Source: Gemmata obscuriglobus (GTDB lineage: Bacteria; Planctomycetota; Planctomycetia; Gemmatales; Gemmataceae). From it: a stretch of DNA of 32,000 nt. The stretch is from the NCBI RefSeq assembly GCF_008065095.1, contig NZ_CP042911.1, forward strand, positions 6,030,001 through 6,062,000, read 5' to 3'. The notes beneath the pieces were generated by a model. It was given only the letters and a program-made list of their open reading frames with translations. It searched no databases and was not told the origin of the DNA. The position numbers and the translations under genes are program-made. Shown here one piece after another: positions 1 through 7,300 of the stretch (position 1 is the first letter of the stretch; each line of letters begins with the position of its first letter).

Positions 1-51
1 GGCCGGCGGGATCCGGTCGGCGAGGGCGCGAACTCGGCGGGCGAGGCTCAT
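1..51 (-). CDS. hypothetical protein, first 17 codons only (continues past the left edge)
   Basis: The ATG at 49-51 (minus) overlaps the TGA (48-50) of the upstream gene as ATGA. It reads MSLARRVRALADRIPPA with mostly G/C third positions. The N-terminal pattern matches two other small proteins in this block. Confidence 0.3.
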   Translation of the reverse strand, partial: MSLARRVRALADRIPPA

Positions 52-518
52 TGGCGGCTCTCCGGTGCGTCGGGGCGGTCATTGGCCGCGTGACTCGTGC
101 GCCCGCCGCACGCCGGGCAGGTCGGGAACGCGCGGAGGTCGGCGAGCGGGCGCGGGTCGCTGGCGGGGACGAGGACCAGCGGGACCGCGAGCCCACAGGA
201 TCCGCAGTGGTGCCCGAACCAGAACGGGCGGGGCGGTTCGAGCACCCACCGCACCAGCGCCTCGGGCAGCCGGTACCCGGGCGCCGGCGCCGGTACCCAG
301 CGGGCGAACGGGGCCCCGACCCAGGACGACAGGGCCTCGGAGTCCTGGCCGTACGGCTCGTCCAGCCGGGCCGCCATCCGCTCGCGCAGCGCCTCGGTCA
401 CCAAGGCCAGGAACGCGGCCCGGTCGCGGGTCCAGTCCGGCTTCGGGGGCGCCGGACCGGCCGCGGGACGGCACGCGACACGCGCAGTCAGCGCCTCGAT
501 TCGACCGCTCAACCGCAT
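48..518 (-). CDS. hypothetical protein with C-terminal CxxC...CxxC zinc-ribbon-like motif
   Basis: 156-aa ORF with normal amino-acid composition, unlike the overlapping Arg/Pro/Gly-rich frames. ATG at 516-518 is preceded by GAGGGTG. Motifs HHCGSCG and CPACGG. Confidence 0.6.
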   Translation of the reverse strand: MRLSGRIEALTARVACRPAAGPAPPKPDWTRDRAAFLALVTEALRERMAARLDEPYGQDSEALSSWVGAPFARWVPAPAPGYRLPEALVRWVLEPPRPFWFGHHCGSCGLAVPLVLVPASDPRPLADLRAFPTCPACGGRTSHAANDRPDAPESRQ

Positions 519-527
519 GGCACACCC

Positions 528-920
528 TCACCAGTTGGGAAGGGATTGCTGCTCGTTGCCCTTGACCAGCGCCTCCAGTTCACTCATCCGCACCTCCAAC
601 TCGGCCACCTCGCGCACCTTGAGGCCGAGCTCGAGTATGGCCCGCGCGGCCCCGAGCCTCGTGGCCGGCGGTGTCGAACTGCCCTGGAGTGACAGCAGCG
701 TGCGGACGGCCTCGCCGGCGGCCGCGGTGAGCATCCCGGCGCACCGCCGCACCATGTCGCCGCGGAGCTCCGCGAGCCGGCTCTTGAACGCCGGGTCGTT
801 GAGCCGCCGGTACACGGTGCGGTCGGTCAGCTCGCACTGCTTGGCCGCGGCCTCGACGGTGGCCCCGCACGCCAGCGCCAGCAGCAGCTTGTCGTCGTTC
901 TTCTTCACCCGGTCGCCCAT
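528..920 (-). CDS. helix-turn-helix DNA-binding protein with C-terminal coiled coil (phage regulator or terminase-small-subunit-like)
   Basis: These are the last 130 codons of the 528..3587 track ORF. ATG at 918-920 is preceded by GGAGGAG. HTH-like segment ATVEAAAKQCELTDRTVYRRLNDP. C-terminal heptad-like segment VAELEVRMSELEALV. Confidence 0.65.
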   Translation of the reverse strand: MGDRVKKNDDKLLLALACGATVEAAAKQCELTDRTVYRRLNDPAFKSRLAELRGDMVRRCAGMLTAAAGEAVRTLLSLQGSSTPPATRLGAARAILELGLKVREVAELEVRMSELEALVKGNEQQSLPNW

Positions 921-933
921 GTCGCTCCTCCGC

Positions 934-1053
934 TCAGGTCGGTTCGCGGTGCCCCGGTTGGGGCTCGGCGTGGTCCCACACCACGGTCGCCCGGCCGGGC
1001 CACACCGCGGCGCCCGGGGCTCGGTCCTCGCCGTCCGTGATCGGTAGATACAT
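934..1053 (-). CDS. small hypothetical ORF (39 codons from the ATG; the frame stays open upstream, possible GTG start at 1108-1110)
   Basis: Hand translation gives MYLPITDGEDRAPGAAVWPGRATVVWDHAEPQPGHREPT*. Third positions are almost all G/C. Its TGA sits just before the GGAGGAG RBS of the next gene. It is below the ORF-track length cutoff. Confidence 0.3.
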   Translation of the reverse strand: MYLPITDGEDRAPGAAVWPGRATVVWDHAEPQPGHREPT

Positions 1054-1168
1054 GCGGACCGCGGGACGGACACGCGCCCCGTGCCGTGCGGCCCGCGCGG
1101 CCAGGGCCACGACCCGCGCCGAGATTCGTCCGCCGAACGCCCACTTCGTTCTCCCGGGCTGATCCGTG

Positions 1169-1471
1169 TCAGCCGTTCCCCGGCTCCCGGGCTTCGAGCG
1201 GGTCCGGGGCCGGCGGGTCGAGTTGGTCGAGCCCGAGTACGATCAGCAGCCCGAACGGGGCCAGCGCGCCGTCGGGCACCACCGGCTCGCCGGCGGCCGG
1301 GTCGTACACCAGGGTGCCGGCGAGCGAGCCCGGCGGGCCGTCCCGGTACAGCCCCGGCGCCCGCCCCTCGGCCCGATGCACGGGAACCGCCTCGACGACG
1401 TGGAACACGCCCGGCCGGGGGCGCCCGGCAACCCACTTCGCGACCTTGTCGACCCGCCCGGTGAGCCGCAT
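1169..1471 (-). CDS. hypothetical protein
   Basis: 100-aa ORF with balanced composition. ATG at 1469-1471 is preceded by GGAGCA. It lies in the same operon-like minus-strand array. Confidence 0.5.
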   Translation of the reverse strand: MRLTGRVDKVAKWVAGRPRPGVFHVVEAVPVHRAEGRAPGLYRDGPPGSLAGTLVYDPAAGEPVVPDGALAPFGLLIVLGLDQLDPPAPDPLEAREPGNG

Positions 1472-1513
1472 CGGGTGCTCCTGCGTCAGGTAAGTTCGGA
1501 GCGCCGTCAGGGT

Positions 1514-3562
1514 TTACGCCGCGGCCCGCTCGGCCTTCTGGCCGGTCAACGACTCGAACCGCTGGACGATGACGTCGCAATACCGCGGGTCCAGCTCGAG
1601 CAGGGCCGCGTTCCGCCCGGTCTGCTCGGCGGCGGCCAGGGCGGTGCCGGAGCCGGCGAACGGGTCGAGGACGAGGCCGCCGGGCGGGCACGAGTTGTTC
1701 AGCAGGTACGCGAACAGTTCGGCCGGCTTGGGTGTCGGGTGGTCCGGGTTCTTGGCGGGCTTGTCGAACTCGAGCACGGTGGTCTGGGACCGGTCGCCGA
1801 GCCAGGTGTGGGCGGCCCCGTCGATCCAACCGTAGAGACAGTTGTGCACGACGATGCCGTCCGCCACGTAATGCTTGTCCCGCTCGACGTCCATCGACCA
1901 CACCTCGAGGTCGTGCACCCGCTCGAAGCTGGTGGCCGTCAGGTCGCGCCACTCGAACCGCTCGCCGGCGGTGGGCACCGGCACCTGCATCACGCCCGGG
2001 ACCAGGTTGCACGCGGCCACCTGACGCGACTGTCGGCACGAGAAGTTGCCCGGCTCGTTCGCCGCCAGCAGGGGGAGGCCGGCGGACAGCCCGTGGTCCC
2101 GCAGGAGCCGATCGACGCCCGCCCGGATGCGGTCCACACCGAGCCGCTGGTAGATCGCGTCGATGCCCGCCTGGTCCCGCTGCGCCCAGCTCGCACCCGG
2201 GTTCCGCCCGGTCTCCCAGACCGTGGTCGGTATCCCGTACCGGCACGACACCACCTGCTCGGCGATCCGCGCCTCGGTCAGCGTGGCGAACGCGCCCAGC
2301 ACCCACGCCGCGTCGCCGCGCTCCTGCGACAGGCGCACCGACACCCCGAACCCGCGGCTGTTGAACATCCCGCACACGCCCACGCGCCAGCGGTCGCCGC
2401 GCCGCATGAGGTACAGCAGCCCGGCCTTCGGGCGCGCCGGGTCGAACCGCACGGTGAACCGGTGCTCGGGGGTGGCGCGGGTGCGGAACTCCCCCACCTC
2501 GACGCGGTGCAGGTTGCCGGTGTGGCGCCGGCTCGTGATGCCCGTGACGGCCCGCCCGCGCCGGTAGATCTTGGCGTTCCCGAAGCTGACCACGCGGTCG
2601 CCGGGCTGCAGCGACTCGATGGGCACCTGTTCGATCACCGAATCCTCGCGCCACCGCCCCTCCTTGATCACCTTCGCCACCTGGGTACCGGCGGGCTGAC
2701 ACGGTTCGTGCTTCCAATGGTAATCTTGTCGCCCCAGTACGAGGGCCGACTTGACCCACACCAGGCACTGCCGCACCTGGAGCCCGGCGGCCGCGCAGGC
2801 GGTGCGGACGTCGAGCCCGGCGGTGTCCGCGTGCCACACGTAGAACGCCCCGCCCGGCTTCAGGTGGGCCTTGGCGGCGGTCAGGGCGGCGGTGAGGAAC
2901 GCGCGGTACTGTTCGGGGCTCATGTCGTCGTTGGCAATCGTCAGGGCGTCCGCGGTCTTGCCCGAATAGGCGACGTTGTACGGCGGGTCGGTGAGGAGGA
3001 GGTCGGCGGGCCCGTCGGGCAGCAGGCGCGCGAGGTCGGCGGGCTTGGTGGCGTCGCCGCACAGGAGTCGGTGCCGGCCCAGGCGCCACAGGTCCCCGGG
3101 CCGGGTGAGCGGCTCGGCCGGCGGCTCGGGCACCTCGTCGGGATCGCCGGCGGGCGGGGGCTCGGGTGCGGTCAGGAGCCGGAGGACCTCGTCCTCGGGG
3201 AACGCGGTGAGCGACAGGTCGAAGTCGGCGGTCTGGAGCGCGGCCAGTTCGAGTGCCAGGCGCTCGTCGTCCCAGGTGGCGAGTGTGGCGGTCTGGTTGT
3301 CGGCCAGTCGGTACGCCCGGGCCTGGTCGGGTGTGAGCCCGCGGGCCACGTGCACCGGCACCTCGATCAGGCCCAGCTTCAGCGCCGCCTTGTACCGGGT
3401 GTGGCCCACGATCAGCACGTCGCCCTCGTCCACCACGAGCGGCTGTCGGAACCCGAACGCCCGGATGGACGCGGCGACCGCATCGACCGCGGCGTCGTTG
3501 GCGCGGGGGTTGTTCTCGTACGGTTTGATCGAACCGATCGGTCGCATCACCACGTCCATCAT
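1514..3562 (-). CDS. ParB-like nuclease domain / N6-N4 DNA methyltransferase fusion, interrupted by an in-frame intein
   Basis: 682-aa ORF. N-terminal ParB/Srx-like motif VLIVGHTRYKAALKLG. Methyltransferase motifs LLLTDPPYN (DPPY) and DPFAGSGT. GAGGTGG lies just upstream of the ATGATG start. The conserved block ...QDYHWKHEP / CLYGW... is split by 287 extra codons. Confidence 0.9.
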   Translation of the reverse strand: MMDVVMRPIGSIKPYENNPRANDAAVDAVAASIRAFGFRQPLVVDEGDVLIVGHTRYKAALKLGLIEVPVHVARGLTPDQARAYRLADNQTATLATWDDERLALELAALQTADFDLSLTAFPEDEVLRLLTAPEPPPAGDPDEVPEPPAEPLTRPGDLWRLGRHRLLCGDATKPADLARLLPDGPADLLLTDPPYNVAYSGKTADALTIANDDMSPEQYRAFLTAALTAAKAHLKPGGAFYVWHADTAGLDVRTACAAAGLQVRQCLVWVKSALVLGRQDYHWKHEPCQPAGTQVAKVIKEGRWREDSVIEQVPIESLQPGDRVVSFGNAKIYRRGRAVTGITSRRHTGNLHRVEVGEFRTRATPEHRFTVRFDPARPKAGLLYLMRRGDRWRVGVCGMFNSRGFGVSVRLSQERGDAAWVLGAFATLTEARIAEQVVSCRYGIPTTVWETGRNPGASWAQRDQAGIDAIYQRLGVDRIRAGVDRLLRDHGLSAGLPLLAANEPGNFSCRQSRQVAACNLVPGVMQVPVPTAGERFEWRDLTATSFERVHDLEVWSMDVERDKHYVADGIVVHNCLYGWIDGAAHTWLGDRSQTTVLEFDKPAKNPDHPTPKPAELFAYLLNNSCPPGGLVLDPFAGSGTALAAAEQTGRNAALLELDPRYCDVIVQRFESLTGQKAERAAA
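1841..2701 (-). other. intein (287 codons) inside the methyltransferase gene
   Basis: It starts with Cys (TGT at 2699-2701) directly after extein HEP. It ends VVHN (AAC at 1841-1843) followed by +1 Cys (1838-1840). Block-B-like TPEHRF and block F/G-like VWSMDVERDKHYVADGIVVHN are present. It is in frame, and the flanks rejoin into the conserved HEP-(C)LYGW methylase motif. Confidence 0.8.
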
Positions 3563-3631
3563 CCACCTCGGCGCTGGTGCGCAGCATGTCCCTACCCTCC
3601 TACTTCACGGCCCGCGCGCGACCTGTGCAGC

Positions 3632-3705
3632 AAAGTGGGCGGATTTCCGGCACGTCTTTTTCGCCGCTCCGTCGTGCGCACGAAATACTGGAAAAGTGGG
3701 CGAAT
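3632..3705. promoter_or_regulatory. 13-nt direct repeat AAAGTGGGCG[G/A]AT in the divergent promoter region
   Basis: Copies lie at 3632-3644 and 3693-3705 (12/13 identical), 61 bp apart. They sit in the lower-GC 218-bp spacer between the methylase start (3562) and the plus-strand gene start (3781). Confidence 0.3.
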
Positions 3706-3780
3706 GGACTGGATGGGTGTGGGAACGGGAGGTAACTGTGTGTCACCTCAAATCGCCCGCCCCACGAACCGGAGGATACG

Positions 3781-4251
3781 ATGCCCGCGACGAAGACCAA
3801 GGCGGCCAAGAAGGCCACGAGCAGATCTAACGTGAAGGGCGCGAAGCCGAAGCACAGGGCGAAGGACACCGCCGAGTCGGCACCCGCGAAGAAGCTGAGC
3901 GCGTTGGACGCGGCGGCACGGGTGCTGGCCGCGAGCGGCGAGTCGATGACGGCGAAGGAGCTGATCGGGCGGCTGGCGGCACAGGGGCTGTGGTCGAGCC
4001 CGAACGGGAAGACCCCGGACGCCACCCTGTCCGCGGCGCTGCAGCGCGAGATCGCCACCCAGGGGACCGCGAGCCGGTTCCGCAAGACCGCGCCCGGGCG
4101 GTTCGCGGCAACCACCGCGGGCGCCACGGACGCGACAACGGCCCCGAAGACGAAGGGCGCAAAAGTGAAGCCGAAGAAGGCGCCCACGCGCCCGGCCGAA
4201 CCCGAGGCGGGCGCGACGATCCCGGACGGGACGCCCGGCCCGAAAGCCTGA
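3781..4251 (+). CDS. HARE-HTH (RpoE-delta/ASXL-type winged helix) protein with Lys/Ala-rich histone-H1-like tails
   Basis: ATG at 3781 is preceded by GGAGGA. The core LSALDAAARVLAASGESMTAKELIGRLAAQGLWSSPNGKTPDATLSAALQREIATQGTASRFRKTAPGRFA matches the HARE-HTH pattern. Flanking tails are KTKAAKKATSRSNVKGAKPKHRAK and APKTKGAKVKPKKAP. Confidence 0.75.
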   Translation: MPATKTKAAKKATSRSNVKGAKPKHRAKDTAESAPAKKLSALDAAARVLAASGESMTAKELIGRLAAQGLWSSPNGKTPDATLSAALQREIATQGTASRFRKTAPGRFAATTAGATDATTAPKTKGAKVKPKKAPTRPAEPEAGATIPDGTPGPKA

Positions 4252-4291
4252 GCGCACGGTTCCGCATCTGAACGTGCCGGGGCTTCGCAAC

Positions 4292-4313
4292 AACGGCCCG
4301 TCGCGGGGCCGTT
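4292..4313. terminator. hairpin between convergent genes (bidirectional terminator candidate)
   Basis: AACGGCCC (4292-4299) pairs with GGGCCGTT (4306-4313) around a 6-nt loop, followed by TTCGCGTT. It lies between the stop of 3781..4251 (+) and the stop of the replicase (-). Confidence 0.45.
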
Positions 4314-4386
4314 TCGCGTTCCGGCCCGTCTGGCCGACCCGCCGCTCCGAGCGCGCCACGCGGCAACGTCGCGCGAATGGAAGCTC

Positions 4387-7300
4387 TCACCCGCCCCAGG
4401 TGCGGCCGGCGCTCACCTCGACCTCGACCGGCACCGGGTCGATGAGCGGGGCCATCCCGTCCCGCATCGCGTCCCGCACCCAGGCGATGGCTTCGTCCCG
4501 ACGCTCCTCGGAGCACTCGACCACGATCTCGTCGTGCACCAACAGCACGGGGAACGCGTCCGGGCAGGAGTTGCGGCGCGCCCACAGCAGGGCCAGCGCC
4601 CGCTTCAGCCCGTCGGCCCCGGTCCCTTGCACGGGAGTGTTCAACTTCTCGGTGAACGCGCCCACCCCGACCCGCCGGCGCCCCGCCAGGGTGCGCGTTT
4701 GGATGATGCCGTCGGGCACCTTCCGGTGCCACGCACGGAGGCCCGGGTAGGTGCGGAAAAACGCGTCCCGGTGATCCGCCGCCTCGCCCTCGGTCAGCGC
4801 CACCCCGAAGTTCGACGCGGCGTACGCGGCCAGGGCCTTCGCCCCCATGCCGTAAAGAAGCCCGAAATTCAAACTTTTGCTCAACTGACGGTCGGCCTTG
4901 GTGACGTCTGTTTTCCCGAGCACCGCGCGGGCCGTGGTGGTGTGCAGGTCCTCGCCCTTCTGGTACGCGTCGAGCATCCGCTTGTCGCCGGTGATCTTGG
5001 CCGCGATGCGGAGCTCGATCTGGGAGTAGTCGGCCTTCACGAGGACGCGGCCGGGCGGCGTTACGAAGCACCGGCGGAACCGCGGGTCCCGGGGCAGCTG
5101 CTGCAGGTTCGGGTCCTTGCAGCTCATGCGCCCGGAGGCCCCGGCCCCGACCTGCTTCCACGCGGCGTACACGCGGCCGTCATCGGCCACGTGCCGGAGC
5201 CACCCGCGCCCGTACGTGCCCGACAACTTGGACGCGGCCCGGTGCTCGCGCAGCAGAGCCGCGGCCGGGTGGGCCACCGCGGCCAGCGCGTCGTCGCCGG
5301 TCGAGGTCAGGGCCACCCCGGCGGCGGCGAACGCGGCCGTCACCTCGTCGACCGAGTTCCAGTTGGTCACCCCGAACAGGTTGCCCGCGTTGGGCAGCAG
5401 TTCGTCCAGGTGCTCCCGGGCCCGGGCGGCACACGCCTCGGTGTCGGCGGCCACGGCATCCCACGCGGGCCGGTCGAACCCGACCCCGTGCCGCGCGGCC
5501 CACGCGACCGCCGGCAGCGCCGCCATCTCGGCCTCGGCGGTGCCGGTCAGGTGCGCGGCCGCCAGCTCGGGCGCGAGCCGCTCCCACAGCGCGAGGGGTA
5601 ACTCGGCGTCGCGGGCGGCGTACCCCAGGTGCGCGTCGGTGAGCGGCCCCGACCAGTCGGCGGTCTGCAGCCCCTTGTCGAGCTCGAGTCCCAGGTGCCG
5701 GTGGGCCAGGTCCTTCAGTGAGTGGCCGGTGGTGCGGTTCCCGGCGTGCAGCACCTGACTCGCGAGCATGGTGTCCCGCACCCGCCCGGGCACGAACCCG
5801 AGGCGCATCAGGAACGGCAGGTCGAACCCCAGGTTCTGGCCCACCACCTCGACCGCCGTCAGCGCCTCGAGCAGTGGTGCCAGGGCCGCGGCGGGGTCGG
5901 GGAGCGCGAACAGGTCGACGAGGAACGTGCCGCTCGGGGTCGCGAGCGAGAGCAGCCGGACCCGGTCGCGGGCGTGGGACAGGCCCGTGGTTTCGAGGTC
6001 CAGACCGACCAGGGCCGCGGCCCCGGTGACCGCACGTACGACCTCGGCGAGGGCACCCGCCTCGCGCACCCACATCCGACCCCGGTGTGACACAACCCCC
6101 TCGGTGTGACACGACCCGTCGCCGGCGTCGGACCCCGATTCGGGCGCCGGGTCCGAACGCTCGCGGCCGGGTGTGACAGATGACACGACCTTGACCGCGC
6201 CCGCGCCCGGTTCCGGCCCGACGACGGAACTACTTGGTGGCGTGGCGGTTGCGCCGCCAGACCCGCCCGCCGGGGCCGCGGGGCTCCTGTCACACCCGGC
6301 GGTTGTGTCACACCGCGACCCGCCGGCGCCGGCCCCCTCCGCGCCGGCCGGCGCATCGGCCTCGGAGGTTCTGTCATCTGTCACACCGGGCACGAAGGCC
6401 CGCGTCGGGGGGCCGCCGTTGGACCCGCCCGCGACCGGCTCCCAGCGCCCGAACCCGAGCCGCACTAGCCCGTCGAGCGCGGCCTCGGCGGCGGCCGCGG
6501 TGTACCGCTTCTGGTTGGACCGGTGGAGATCCCGGGCCCGCACCGCACCGCCGCACCGGGCGGCAAGCTTGCGCACCGCCTCCAGCAGGTGCCGGGCGCC
6601 CTGCACCTCGGGCGGCTCGGCCAGGGCCAGGTACGCGCGCTCGGCCTCGTCGCGGAACCAGGTGGTCAGCTCGACCGCGGCGCCCATGTCGTCCGCCGCG
6701 ATCGGGTGCTCGTGGGCCCGCGCCTGCAGCCGGCAGCAGTGGAAGATGAGGGCGAACCGCAGGGCGTACCCCTCGAGCTTGCTCATGACCGCGCTCATGT
6801 CCTCGTCGGCGGTCTCCAGGGCCTCGCCGTTGGCGTTGTAGAACGCCACGAACCGGGCCTTGGCGTCGGCGCCCAGGGGGACCAGGTGCGGGGCCGGCTT
6901 GCCGTTGGGCCAGGTGCCGGCGGGGAGCCGGTGCAGGTCGCCCAGGAGCGCGGCGAACGCGCCGCGGGTGGGCTCGTCGATCTCGGCCTCGGTCCACTGG
7001 CGCTTGCGCCACGGGGGCAGCGCCAGAAGCAACCGGGCCAGGAACCCCGAGGCCCGGAACTCCTCGGTGAGGACCCGCGAGAGCACCTTGGGCTGGATGG
7101 TGCCGGTGACGGACACCCCGACCCCGCGGACCCGGACCTCGCGCTTGTCCGGGTCCCCGGTCTTGCGGGTGTAGTTGATGGTGCCGGCGTGGTGCAGCTG
7201 GAGCCACCGGGGCAGGTCGCTGGCCCCGGTCTTGCCGGCGTACTTGACGAAGCTCCCGATCCAGGCGCTCAGCTCGTCCTGGCCGATGACCAGCCCGCGC

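Noticed and set aside
921-3587. Upstream 889 codons of the 1019-aa minus-strand track ORF 528..3587
   Set aside because: The translation is Arg/Pro/Gly-rich nonsense. It overlaps the well-supported methyltransferase gene in another frame. Only the last 130 codons (528..920) have normal composition, an RBS and an HTH motif.
1166-3835. 889-aa plus-strand ORF
   Set aside because: It is an antisense shadow of the methyltransferase/intein gene, typical of ~70% GC DNA. It has low-complexity Arg/Gly/Pro/Val composition and no motifs.
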